From contig JBEKIW010000001.1 in NCBI GenBank assembly GCA_050011565.1, positions 448,001-512,000 on the forward strand: a DNA stretch of 64,000 nt. Direction: 5' to 3'. The notes under the pieces are model-generated. The model had not been told where the DNA came from and made no database searches. It saw only the letters and a program-made list of their open reading frames with translations. Origin of the DNA: Dehalococcoidia bacterium. GTDB lineage: Bacteria > Chloroflexota > Dehalococcoidia > GIF9 > UBA5629. How positions within the stretch are numbered: position 1 is the first letter of the stretch; each line of letters begins with the position of its first letter. Shown in pieces: positions 37,861 through 47,600 of this stretch. A program made the translations under genes and the position numbers.

Positions 37861-39201
37861 TCATTCAATAGCGTGCCCCACATTCTTGCTTGAAATATTT
37901 CTGAACAGCTCATAGCCCATGCAGCTTAATACTACCACATATTCCACTGCTACTAACCAAAGATTCTCGGAATAAGGCACTGTCCGATATGCCGAGTAGC
38001 TCAATATTATGACCGCGGACCACACAATAGGATACCGATAGCTGGTAAATAACGATACTAGCACCAACGATGTAATATACCAGGGATGTACGGTAGTAGC
38101 CAGGAGAAAATACGCGGTTAGACACATGAGCATTCCTTGAAATAGCGATAGCCAGGTAACTGTCTTTTCTCTGACAGCAATGACGATAATTGTCAGGAAT
38201 GTGGCGATGGCCAAGACAATACCCAGGGTAGCGATAATGTTGTAACCGGTAAACTGATAACCAATCCAACGTAACAGGTAATATAGGCTGGCATTAAATT
38301 CAAATGTTTGGAAGTAGAGACGAAGGCTGGAGAAATAATTGGGAATCAAGTCGACACTATAAAAGGGCAGGAAAAGGACCACGACCGTCGCTCCTACGGT
38401 GGCGTAAAAAATCATACTTTTTGCCAGTCCAAGCCGCTTGATTAACAATGGCAAAAAAATGAGTGGCAACAGCTTGACGCCGACCGCCAGGCCAAAGCTT
38501 ACTGCAGCATAGACTTGTTTTCTCAGGACCAGCAAATATATAGCCAGGACTAGAAATAGTAGCATTACTGCTTCCAGGTGCAGGTTCCCTGTTAACTCAA
38601 TAATAACCAGAGGATTAAAAGCGTATAGAGCAACGACGTTCGGTAATACGGCTAATTTAGAACTTAATCTATGCAGGAAAATAATGACTCCGAACTCTGC
38701 CAGAAGTGTTACGAGCCTGATAATGATGATATTGCCCAGTATATTACCGCCGGCAAGTTTGGCGCTGAGACCGAAAATGAATTCGCACACGGGTGGATAG
38801 ACTGTATAGTAGTCAGGTGAATTAAGACCTGTGTAGAGGCTATTGGTAATGCCGGTTACAATATGTGCGTTGGGAATGAATTGGGAAGGCAGGATAAGGT
38901 AAGGATTATAGCCGTGAACAAACAGAAGTCCGTCCCAGATATATCGGAAATAATCATCGGTCAAGTTAGGGGTCATGAACATCAGGGAGACGCGCAGCAG
39001 CATGGCACTGCCGAGAATCAGCGGGAATCCGACATCAAAAACCTCTCTATACAGCGCGAGAATATAAAGGCCCGAAAGGAAACCGAACAGTAAAATAAGC
39101 TGAGCGAAATCACTTCTTACAGTGCCGTAGCCGATCCAGATATAACCAGACAAGGATAAAAGAGTAAATACTATTATCTGAACAGTACTTCGCCTATCCA
39201 T
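37861..39201 (-). CDS. GT-C membrane glycosyltransferase (GT87/DUF2029-like)
   Basis: LTDDYFRYIWDG, YPP, NPLVIIELTGNLHLE, TTVHPWY; polytopic membrane protein. Confidence 0.82.
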   Translation of the reverse strand: MDRRSTVQIIVFTLLSLSGYIWIGYGTVRSDFAQLILLFGFLSGLYILALYREVFDVGFPLILGSAMLLRVSLMFMTPNLTDDYFRYIWDGLLFVHGYNPYLILPSQFIPNAHIVTGITNSLYTGLNSPDYYTVYPPVCEFIFGLSAKLAGGNILGNIIIIRLVTLLAEFGVIIFLHRLSSKLAVLPNVVALYAFNPLVIIELTGNLHLEAVMLLFLVLAIYLLVLRKQVYAAVSFGLAVGVKLLPLIFLPLLIKRLGLAKSMIFYATVGATVVVLFLPFYSVDLIPNYFSSLRLYFQTFEFNASLYYLLRWIGYQFTGYNIIATLGIVLAIATFLTIIVIAVREKTVTWLSLFQGMLMCLTAYFLLATTVHPWYITSLVLVSLFTSYRYPIVWSAVIILSYSAYRTVPYSENLWLVAVEYVVVLSCMGYELFRNISSKNVGHAIE

Positions 39202-40711
39202 TGGCGTGTTTTGTTGTTGTCATGGCATGTACTATCGAATAATAGAATACATATCCAAAGCCTAGTGACAACATAAGATAAAAGGGAAGCAGCCCATAAT
39301 TTTGAAAGTATATAGACAGATATACGCCTGCCAAGAAATAGGCGGTTAGCAGCGCTTCAAATATGGTGACGCCGTTGATACCCTTAACCAGATACTTGTT
39401 TGCCTGCCATCTGTCCTTGCTGCTGGTGATGTTAAATTTTGGTGTTCGAATGAACGGAATCTTTTTCCCCGCATAGCCTTCGCACAACGCAATCGAATTA
39501 TGTAGCGAAAATCCCATTGAAATTGACAGGAATAGGAGAAACTTACCCAGGAACGAGGGGAATGAAGTGCCCCGTCTCTGTGTGGCAGAAACCCAGTAAA
39601 AGTAGCTAAGCAATAAGAGGCTAAATGGTGAAAACAAAGCAAATAAAAAAACCTGGGCGTATTGGGGGTGGCTGCTCTTAATAAATAACAATGGGATACT
39701 GAGTATTGCGGCCAGAAAAATACAAATGAACACCGTGCAATTCATCAGGTGAAAAATGGCGTGAACCTTGGTTGTACTTGAGGTATGCTTCGAACTAAGG
39801 ACCGATGGGAGGTTTTTTTTAACGCATTCCGCAGCCCCTTTTGTCCAACGAAACTGCTGTGTTTTCAAAGCGTTTATAGTGACGGGAAGTTCGGCGGGAC
39901 TTTCAACGTGCTCGAGATAGATGAACTTCCATCCTTTTAGCTGCGCTCGATAGCTCAGGTCAAGGTCTTCGGTCAACGTGTCAGATTGCCAGTTGCCGGC
40001 GTCGATAATACAACTTTTCCGCCATATACCGGCAGTACCATTGAAGTTCATGAAATGCCCACCTGCGTTACGGCCATACTGTTCAATGGTAAAGTGGGCA
40101 TCGAGCCCGAAAGCCTGCAGCCTGGTTAATAAAGAATAGTCTTCATTTACATGCTCCCATTTTGTTTGCACCAGACCCACCTTATCATCCTGAAAATAGG
40201 GGATGGTTTTTAAAAGAAAATCAGCCGGAGGAATAAAGTCGGCATCGAAAATGGCGATGAATTCACCTTTTGCCTCCCGCAGCCCGTAAGCCAGCGCACC
40301 TGCCTTGAAACCGTCTCTGGTGCCGCGACGAATGTGCCAGATATTTAGCCCTTTTGCTTTAAGAGTTGCCACTTTTGATTCGGCCAGTGATACCGTTTCG
40401 TCGGTTGAATCATCAAGTACCTGAATCTCGAATCTGTCCGTGGGGTAACGAAAGGCAGCAACAGCATCGATAATCCGTTCGACAACGTACAATTCGTTAT
40501 AGATAGGCAGTTGGATGGTAACGAAGGGATATTTGTTTGGCATAGTTGGCGCTATGCTTTTGTTTACAAACTGACTTTTTTGCCGTTTGGAGGTTAGGTA
40601 GAGATGGACTAGATGCGCCTGTGCCACGCTGTAACTGAAAATAAATAGAAGTGACAATCCGTATATCACCAGTATTACAATAGTAACCGTATTCAAAATG
40701 GCGTCAGTCAT
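39194..40711 (-). CDS. GT2 cellulose-synthase-like glycosyltransferase
   Basis: QLPIYNE, DDSTD, GFKAGAL, FDADF, TEDLDL, QQFRW; start reassigned to ATG 40711 (MTDAIL). Confidence 0.9.
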   Translation of the reverse strand: MTDAILNTVTIVILVIYGLSLLFIFSYSVAQAHLVHLYLTSKRQKSQFVNKSIAPTMPNKYPFVTIQLPIYNELYVVERIIDAVAAFRYPTDRFEIQVLDDSTDETVSLAESKVATLKAKGLNIWHIRRGTRDGFKAGALAYGLREAKGEFIAIFDADFIPPADFLLKTIPYFQDDKVGLVQTKWEHVNEDYSLLTRLQAFGLDAHFTIEQYGRNAGGHFMNFNGTAGIWRKSCIIDAGNWQSDTLTEDLDLSYRAQLKGWKFIYLEHVESPAELPVTINALKTQQFRWTKGAAECVKKNLPSVLSSKHTSSTTKVHAIFHLMNCTVFICIFLAAILSIPLLFIKSSHPQYAQVFLFALFSPFSLLLLSYFYWVSATQRRGTSFPSFLGKFLLFLSISMGFSLHNSIALCEGYAGKKIPFIRTPKFNITSSKDRWQANKYLVKGINGVTIFEALLTAYFLAGVYLSIYFQNYGLLPFYLMLSLGFGYVFYYSIVHAMTTTKHANG

Positions 40712-41402
40712 AAGCCCATCGATTCTTAAGCAGGGTGGCAAGTATGCTGTACCCGGCACATACCGTTCCTTTAAAGGTCCCCGATATTTTGGAAGTCCCG
40801 ATTCTGGCTCGATATGTAACCGGCACTTCAAAACAGCGAAGTCTTTGTTTGGCTGCTTTCGCCTGCATCTCAGCAGTCCAGCCGTATCTCTGCTCTTTGA
40901 TATCCAGCTTGAGGAGCTTATCCAGTTTAATCGCACGGAAAGGGCCGAGGTCAGTGTAACGAACGCCATAGAGGGCATTAATCAGCATAACCGCTAATCG
41001 ATTTCCCAATACCTGATGCCAGAGCATAGCGCCTTTCTGACGTTTGCCCAATAACCGTGAGCCAATCACCATATCATAGTCTTGCTGAATTATCGGTTGT
41101 ACCAGGCTTGTCATTTCCTCAGGGCAATCCGAATAGTCGGCATCGAGAAAGACAATAACGCCCGTTTTTTTTGGCCTTGATAGTACATACTCTATCCCTT
41201 TTAAGCAAGCAAATCCGTATCCTTTTCGACCCTCATGAACAACCGTGGCTCCGAAATTTCGCGCCACCTCAGCCGTGGCATCGGATGAATTATTGTCGAC
41301 TACAACAATCTCAGACGCTATATTACTTGGAATATGCGCCAATACCCTGCCGATGGCTCTCTCTTCATTCAGTGCAGGCATGATGATAACTATTTCAGGC
41401 AT
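40704..41402 (-). CDS. GT2 polyprenol-phosphate glycosyltransferase-like protein
   Basis: MPALNEE, VDNNSSD, GYGFAC, FLDADYSD, TDLGPFRAI, SKISGT. Confidence 0.9.
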   Translation of the reverse strand: MPEIVIIMPALNEERAIGRVLAHIPSNIASEIVVVDNNSSDATAEVARNFGATVVHEGRKGYGFACLKGIEYVLSRPKKTGVIVFLDADYSDCPEEMTSLVQPIIQQDYDMVIGSRLLGKRQKGAMLWHQVLGNRLAVMLINALYGVRYTDLGPFRAIKLDKLLKLDIKEQRYGWTAEMQAKAAKQRLRCFEVPVTYRARIGTSKISGTFKGTVCAGYSILATLLKNRWAYD

Positions 41403-41513
41403 TTCCTACATCTCATTATATAATCACAATGTGTGTAGCGTAAAATGAGAGGCAGGCGGAAAACACGTAAATGCTATAATTAGAGAAGACAGAAAATTCG
41501 TTGGAACTGCCAT

Positions 41514-42182
41514 ATGAAGCAAAAGACACAATTAAGCGCATTGCTTGTATTTGTGCGTGCTCCACGCCCGGGAAAAGTCAAGACCCGTTTAGCGAGGTCG
41601 CTAGGTGATGAAAAAGCGGCTGAATTTTACAGGCTATGCACTGATGCAGCACTTGAGGAGATCGGGCAATTATCCCGAGAGGTCGAAAAATATATTTGCT
41701 TTGCTGAGCCGATTAATAAATACGAAATGAAGCGATTGGCCGATTTAGGATTCAAGGTTGCAGTTCAGGAAGGTGAAAGTCTGGGGCAGCGACTGTGCAA
41801 TGCTTTTAGTAGGGTACTGGAGAACGGAGCACGGAAGGTTTTTATAGTAGCCAGCGATGTACCTGACCTGTCCGCAAAGATTATGAAAGAGGCTGTTAGT
41901 GGTCTTGATAATAGCGATGTCGTTATCGGCCCCTGCTACGATGGCGGCTATTATCTAATTGGCATGAAGGAATTGCACGAGGAGCTTTTTCACGGTATTT
42001 CCTGGGGAACGGAACGAGCCTATCAACAGACGCTTGCTGCGGCAAAGGAAAACGGGTTGACAGTTAATCGACTTCCCATTCTTATTGATATCGATACTGA
42101 AGCCGACCTACGTCGGTGGTCGGAGGTTGACGGGCATAAAAAGCCGGCTATTATGGACTTTATTAAAGCCATCCGCCTATAA
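41514..42182 (+). CDS. TIGR04282/DUF2064 family (arsenosugar-associated glycosyltransferase-like)
   Basis: PGKVKTRLA, QEGESLGQRL, SDVP, GPCYDGGYYLIG, DIDT..DL. Confidence 0.88.
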   Translation: MKQKTQLSALLVFVRAPRPGKVKTRLARSLGDEKAAEFYRLCTDAALEEIGQLSREVEKYICFAEPINKYEMKRLADLGFKVAVQEGESLGQRLCNAFSRVLENGARKVFIVASDVPDLSAKIMKEAVSGLDNSDVVIGPCYDGGYYLIGMKELHEELFHGISWGTERAYQQTLAAAKENGLTVNRLPILIDIDTEADLRRWSEVDGHKKPAIMDFIKAIRL

Positions 42183-42203
42183 TTAATCTTGGAGTTTTAA
42201 TAT

Positions 42204-43208
42204 ATGCCACCTGTGTTGACTAAAGACAAGCGTTACGATTTCTACGATGCACTGGCTAAGCATGATCTGAAGCTAGTCCCAATCTCTATTGAGACGTTAT
42301 GGGTCAATGTTACTCGTCTGTGTAACCAGGCTTGCCGTCACTGTCATGTTGATGCTTCGCCCGGAAGAACCGAACAAATGGAGCGGGAAACCGTTGATCG
42401 CTGTCTTGAAATATTGGAACAATACGAGCGAATCAAAAATCTGGACATTACCGGTGGGGCTCCCGAACTCAATCCGAACTATGACTATTTTGTCGTTGAA
42501 GCAAGAAAGCTTAATAAACGTGTGGTCAGTCGACATAATCTAACAGTCATCTTTGATGGCAATCCTGACAACGGCGAACACAAGGAATATCTACCTGAGT
42601 TCTTTGCCGACAATCAGGTTGAGATACTTGCATCACTGCCACATTATGAAGCTTATTATACAGACAGCGTGCGGGGTAGGGGTGTCTTCCAGAAAAGCAT
42701 TGAAGGAATACGTTTGCTTAACGCTGCAGGTTATGGCAAAAGGGAGACCGGCCTTATTTTGAACCTGGTCTACAATTCAGATGGACCCGTATCCCCGAAA
42801 CAGCGTACGGAACTGGATGCAAGATTCAAAGATGAATTGTTACGGTACGGACTCATCTTCAATAAGCTTTATGCAGTGACTAATATGCCGGTAAACCGTT
42901 ATCGGGCACAGCTTCAGCAGTCGAGAACATACGATGAGTACATGAATAGCCTGATAAAAAACTTCGACCCGGAAGCTGCTCGGGGCGTAGCCTGTCGTTC
43001 GCTTGTCAGCGTGGCTTATGATGGCCGGATTTATGACTGCGATTTCAACCAGATGCTGGATATGCAGATTACAAATTCTAGACCGCTAACCGTTTTCGAT
43101 TTTGACTTCGATGCCCTGATGGAGCGAAAGATTCGTTTTGCCTCTCATTGTTTCGGTTGCACTGCCGGTGGTGGCGGCAGCTGATTCGGGAAGACTCTGC
43201 CCGTGTAG
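42204..43208 (+). CDS. arsS: Radical SAM (seleno)protein ArsS (TIGR04167 type); probable Sec at UGA 43182-43184
   Basis: LCNQACRHCHV, DITGGAPELNP, YDCDFNQML, HCFGCTAGGGGS-UGA-FGKTLPV-stop; SECIS-like hairpin follows the UGA. Confidence 0.85.
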
Positions 43209-43213
43209 GCAGA
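43185..43213 (+). promoter_or_regulatory. Putative SECIS element
   Basis: TCTGCC-cgtgta-GGCAGA; loop begins at +18 after the UGA, with GT at +19/+20. Confidence 0.7.
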
Positions 43214-43285
43214 TAGAAACCGTTAAACATAACTCCCTTGGAAACGTCAGAATTATAAAAGATTAAGAGCGTACGAGGCCGAATC

Positions 43286-43570
43286 TTGGCTAGGGTCAAT
43301 ATCAATTTTATCGGACTGTGGCGGGTCTTACTGGATGTACGGTCAGTAACGGTGGAAATAGACAGCATTGATGAAGCCAGGGATTATGTTGAGGCTACTT
43401 ATATGCCAGTATTTCAGAAAAAACTTAAGTCCAGGGGTATCACCAAGAAACAATCGGTCTGGGATAACAGTAATATACTTCTGAATGGTAAAAATATCCG
43501 TCAGCTAGATAAGCCAGTCCTCAAAGACGGCGACAAGCTCGACCTAATATCAAAGGTTGCGGGCGGTTGA
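43286..43570 (+). CDS. MoaD/ThiS family sulfur carrier
   Basis: ILLNGKNI...LKDGDKL...VAGG C-terminus; next to AOR. Confidence 0.85.
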   Translation: MARVNINFIGLWRVLLDVRSVTVEIDSIDEARDYVEATYMPVFQKKLKSRGITKKQSVWDNSNILLNGKNIRQLDKPVLKDGDKLDLISKVAGG

Positions 43571-43621
43571 AAAGGGTGATTGACTATAGTGGCTAGCTAG
43601 CAACAACCCAGTCGTTAAATA

Positions 43622-45469
43622 TTACTTGGCGCCGATTGAGGCCGCGATTTCTGACATCCCCAGGCTTTCCAAGCGTTTTTTTGAGGGCTTACCGGTAGCT
43701 TTGTCCCAGTCTCTGAGCGCATAGTACTCGGGCAGCATCTTCTCCATATTGGGCACATGGCCCTCTGTTCCGCCCTCGGGTATAGGCTTCATGATTAGCT
43801 CGGGCAGCACGTCATCTTTCGCAGAGATGCCGAGCTTGCAGGAAAGGGCTCGCTGCAACTGGAAGATACGTTCCCCCGCTCTCAACAACTGCTCCAGGTC
43901 CGTATTCCAGCCTGTAGAGGCATTGACCATAGCGGTTATCAAGGTAACTGGTATAATTGCCCACACGCAAATACCGATGGAATCGCTTACAGCTACCCAG
44001 TTCTGGCTTCTTTCTACCATCGCTGCTTTATCATCAGCCCAGCGGTCTGTTATATCAAAAGCCAGGTCAGGATGCCCTGTGCCGCCATCTATCAGGTAAC
44101 CGGGGCTTTTGTTGTTGTCGGCACCGCGTGGCGAGGTGGCGTAGATAAGCCCCATGCTATGGTATGCCCTTGGGTCATGCATCGGAATCTCGAGGCCCTT
44201 CGTCTGGACAGCCTCTCCAATAGGCCGGCCGTATTTTTGAGCCATGCGCTTCGTCCCGCCGGCCAGTATCGCACCGAAGCCCTGGTTCTTGCCGATAAGG
44301 TGCAAAAGCTTAACAGCGGCATCGACATTACCCCAGGTGAGTTTGAGGCCACCAGTTTCCTTCTCCGAAATTACACCTAAGTTATAGAGATAAAATGCAT
44401 AGCCGGCACTGGCGCCACTACTTATAGTGTCGAACCCATAAGCGTTACACATCTCGTTAAGGTAAACAGCGGTGGACATATCAAGGTCCAGCCCCATCAT
44501 CGCCCCCAGAGCAATCAATGTTTCATATTCTGGCCCTTCGACCCTATCATATAAATGCTTTCCTTCTTTGATTTGTAATATCTTGCGGCAACGTATCGGG
44601 CAGCTGTAACAAGCGGTGCTGTCGGTCTGAAATTTCTCAAACTGCTCGGCGCCGCTTATTTTGGTTGCTTGCGGCAGGGTAGGGGCAGTGTAGTAATTGG
44701 TTGGGCCATCGCCATAGGCAATCGCAGAATCGACCCATGAGGCTGTGCCGCCTTCATGCATCCACTGCGTAAAAAATCCCTCTTTCACTTCCTGCATAGC
44801 CTGGCGCGCCAACTCACGAAACTTTTTTGAATCGTGCATGGGTAGTTTCATTTTGCCGCGCACTGCGATAGCTTTGACCTTCTTTGAGCCCATAACACAT
44901 CCCAGCCCAGCCCGGCCCAAGCAGTGGCCATACTCTGACATGATATTGCCATAAAGTACCAGGTTCTCCGAGGCGGGGCCGATACATGCAATTTGTGTGC
45001 GATTATCTCCAAATGTCTTCTTAATTTCCTCCTGAGTCTTATAGGTATCCTTGCCCCAAAGGCCATTAGCATCTTTAAGTTCCGCAGTGCCGTCCTTAAC
45101 ATAAATATACACCGGTTTAGCCGACTTGCCTTTGAGTATAATGCCATCGTAGCCGGCGTTTTTAAGTTCAGCGCCGAACCAGGCGCTGGCATTGGCGTCA
45201 CCATAGTGCCCGGTATAAGGTGATTTAGTAGCTCCACCCCATCGGCTAACACTGGGACCGCTGGTACCATTGAGTAGACCCGGCATCAGGATAAGCGGGT
45301 TATCAGGTCCCAGCGGGTCGGTTTTCTCATCGACCATGTCATACAGGTAGCGAGCAGCAAGGCCGGTGCTGCCGATGAAATCGCGGGCATATTTCTCATT
45401 CAGAGGTTCATCGATAAGCGTACCTTGGCCAAGGTCAGCTACCAGGATTTTGCCATGATATCCGTTCAT
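43622..45469 (-). CDS. aor: Tungsten aldehyde:ferredoxin oxidoreductase family protein
   Basis: KSPYTG, CIGPASEN, GRAGLGCVMGSK, CYSCPIRC, GPEYET, HDPR, DSIGIC. Confidence 0.92.
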   Translation of the reverse strand: MNGYHGKILVADLGQGTLIDEPLNEKYARDFIGSTGLAARYLYDMVDEKTDPLGPDNPLILMPGLLNGTSGPSVSRWGGATKSPYTGHYGDANASAWFGAELKNAGYDGIILKGKSAKPVYIYVKDGTAELKDANGLWGKDTYKTQEEIKKTFGDNRTQIACIGPASENLVLYGNIMSEYGHCLGRAGLGCVMGSKKVKAIAVRGKMKLPMHDSKKFRELARQAMQEVKEGFFTQWMHEGGTASWVDSAIAYGDGPTNYYTAPTLPQATKISGAEQFEKFQTDSTACYSCPIRCRKILQIKEGKHLYDRVEGPEYETLIALGAMMGLDLDMSTAVYLNEMCNAYGFDTISSGASAGYAFYLYNLGVISEKETGGLKLTWGNVDAAVKLLHLIGKNQGFGAILAGGTKRMAQKYGRPIGEAVQTKGLEIPMHDPRAYHSMGLIYATSPRGADNNKSPGYLIDGGTGHPDLAFDITDRWADDKAAMVERSQNWVAVSDSIGICVWAIIPVTLITAMVNASTGWNTDLEQLLRAGERIFQLQRALSCKLGISAKDDVLPELIMKPIPEGGTEGHVPNMEKMLPEYYALRDWDKATGKPSKKRLESLGMSEIAASIGAK

Positions 45470-45490
45470 GGTTGCCTCCTTTTGATACTA

Positions 45491-46666
45491 TTAAAAGTCA
45501 ATGCTGTTACCTTCGTAGGCGTAGCTGAAGATTTTGCCCAGGTCCTCCCCCTCGGGAATGCGGGCTACGGTCATGGTCATAGCCTCGTTCAAGGCTCTGT
45601 CTATCAGCCCGGGAATTGATTCATCGTACTTCGTCTTGTCGATGTCGCATTCCTTGACACACAATGGTTGACCGATTTCCTTGGCTAGTGCCCGGATTTT
45701 GGCGACCAGGGCTTTAGCACATTCCTTGTCAGAACTGGCGGATGAAATGCGGCAATAGCGGGCTATCTCCGCATACTTGGCCGTCGTTTCCTGGGAGCCG
45801 TTTATAAGGTATTCCATAGTATAGGGCAGGAAGAGACCCACGGTGCGTCCATGAGGCACATGGAAAATTGCACCCAGGGCGTGGCCGGTGCTATGGCCCA
45901 ATCCGGCCATAGAATTACCGAAGGACATTCCACCGAGTATGGCGGCGTTCTGCATTTCCTTACGTGCCTCAAGATTGCCCCCATTTTTATAAGCTTCAGG
46001 CAGATATTCGAAAGCTTTCCGCGTGGCAATCAATCCCGGCCCCTCTGTGATACTGGTACCCCAGCTTGAAACGTATCCCTCAATGGCGTGAGTGAGTACA
46101 TCCATGCCAGTATCGGCTGTGATTTGCGGTGGCATGCCAACAATCATAGCAGGGTCAAGGATGGCGACATCTGGCATACATTCTATATTCATCATGCTGA
46201 TTTTACGCTGCTCTTTCGTGTCGGTGAGTATTATCATTGATGTAGCTTCAGACCCCGTGCCGCTGGTGGTGGGAATGGCCATGAGCCTGGCCTTGGCTCT
46301 GAAATTGTAAGTATCGGAGGCAATCATACAATCCGGCTCCAGGTCCGGTCGTACCAGCAGGATAATAATAGCTTTGGCAGCGTCCATGCATGAACCACCG
46401 CCTATTCCGATGACCCAGTCTGGCTGGTACTTTCCTACAGCTACACCTCCCTTTTTAATCGTATTAAGTGAAGGCTCTGGTTCTATTTCATTAAAAATTT
46501 GCCATTTGATATTTACTGCATCCAATTGGTCGGTAACCAGCTTTGTTAACCCGAGTTTTACGATGTTTTTGTCTGTGACAATGAAAGCTTTTTTACCCTG
46601 AATCTGTGCTATGTACTCAAGAGAATTATCACCATAGGCGATAAATGGGCATGAAAAAGTCCACAT
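45491..46666 (-). CDS. Iron-containing alcohol dehydrogenase
   Basis: GGGSCMDAAK, IPTTSGTGSEAT, DVLTHAIE, GLGHSTGH, HVPHG. Confidence 0.93.
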   Translation of the reverse strand: MWTFSCPFIAYGDNSLEYIAQIQGKKAFIVTDKNIVKLGLTKLVTDQLDAVNIKWQIFNEIEPEPSLNTIKKGGVAVGKYQPDWVIGIGGGSCMDAAKAIIILLVRPDLEPDCMIASDTYNFRAKARLMAIPTTSGTGSEATSMIILTDTKEQRKISMMNIECMPDVAILDPAMIVGMPPQITADTGMDVLTHAIEGYVSSWGTSITEGPGLIATRKAFEYLPEAYKNGGNLEARKEMQNAAILGGMSFGNSMAGLGHSTGHALGAIFHVPHGRTVGLFLPYTMEYLINGSQETTAKYAEIARYCRISSASSDKECAKALVAKIRALAKEIGQPLCVKECDIDKTKYDESIPGLIDRALNEAMTMTVARIPEGEDLGKIFSYAYEGNSIDF

Positions 46667-46706
46667 GATAGCCTCCTCTATTTTCGCGCATCCAAACTGG
46701 TCTAGA

Positions 46707-47114
46707 TTAGTCCAGCCACTCAGTTGGCACGCGTGTGGTGCTGGTGGTCAACTCGTTAGCCGCCTTGACGTAGCGCATGATTTTGGCCATATTTCCTGAG
46801 AGTTTGGCTTGTCTGGTAATCATAGCCTTTATAGGGTCGAGCTCTTTTGTAGCTATTCTCTTCCAGACAGGATATGAGGCTGACATCGTGAATTCAGGTT
46901 TGTATTTGCTGGGATCGGTAACAATTTCTATTTTTCGGCATTTGCCGTGATAAAGGTCTATGTACTGATAACCCAGCTCTTTGACCGGGCCGCCTGCCTC
47001 CATAATAAAGTAAAAATCACCCTCCCAGGTTTTGGCTGCCTCCTCGTATGTCTTGTTGTTATTTATCGCCTCCTTGTATAAATCGCCCCATTCTTGAGTG
47101 AAGAACTTCGCCAT
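46707..47114 (-). CDS. SCP2 sterol/lipid-binding domain protein
   Basis: WEGDFYF...W..I....LDPIKAMITRQAKLSGNMAKIMR. Confidence 0.82.
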   Translation of the reverse strand: MAKFFTQEWGDLYKEAINNNKTYEEAAKTWEGDFYFIMEAGGPVKELGYQYIDLYHGKCRKIEIVTDPSKYKPEFTMSASYPVWKRIATKELDPIKAMITRQAKLSGNMAKIMRYVKAANELTTSTTRVPTEWLD

Positions 47115-47283
47115 TGCAAAACCTCCCTTCGCAAACTAATCGATGAAAACAAATCTAGCATTAGTTAATAGCCTTGTCAAGAGGTTGTCAGTGCAACTAA
47201 GACCGGATTACCAACAAAGGTTTGCCTATTCCATCTGAGTCCATAAAATTTGAATTTTCTAGCTATTCGTGACGTTGGTACTA

Positions 47284-47312
47284 TTGACATTTTACTCGTT
47301 ATGGTTTATTGT
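47284..47312 (+). promoter_or_regulatory. Sigma70-type promoter of DUF5679 copy 1
   Basis: TTGACA-17 nt-TATTGT; AAGGAGG RBS downstream. Confidence 0.65.
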
Positions 47313-47333
47313 GTATTGCTAAGGAGGGAAGAA

Positions 47334-47474
47334 ATGCAAGCATACTGCATGAAGTGCCGCACTAAGAGGGAAATGAAGGATCCAAAGAGCATAAAGATGA
47401 AGAATGGCAAGCCGGCAACCAACGGTACATGCCCTGTGTGCGGGACTAAAATGTTCAGAATAGGTAAAAGCTAA
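47334..47474 (+). CDS. DUF5679 small basic zinc-ribbon protein, copy 1
   Basis: MQAYCMKCRTKREM...KNGKPATNGTCPVCGTKMFRIG. Confidence 0.88.
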   Translation: MQAYCMKCRTKREMKDPKSIKMKNGKPATNGTCPVCGTKMFRIGKS

Positions 47475-47502
47475 AGTTATTCGGTAGTTAAGACTTCTAA
47501 AA

Positions 47503-47542
47503 GGGCTGGGATTCTATCGGATATAGATACCCAGCTCTTTAA
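47503..47542 (+). terminator. Intrinsic terminator-like hairpin
   Basis: GGGCTGGG...CCCAGCTC followed by TTTAATTT. Confidence 0.65.
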
Positions 47543-47600
47543 TTTCATATCTGGCTGCTGATAGCTTGATGCATTGAGTATTTAAAGCGTTGTTCTGATT

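Noticed and set aside
40712-40978. N-terminal extension of the 594-aa GT2 ORF
   Set aside because: Overlaps the upstream GT2 gene in another frame; ATG 40711 gives a normal coupled start
43568-43570. Sec readthrough of the MoaD UGA
   Set aside because: MoaD needs a free C-terminal Gly-Gly, and no SECIS-like hairpin follows
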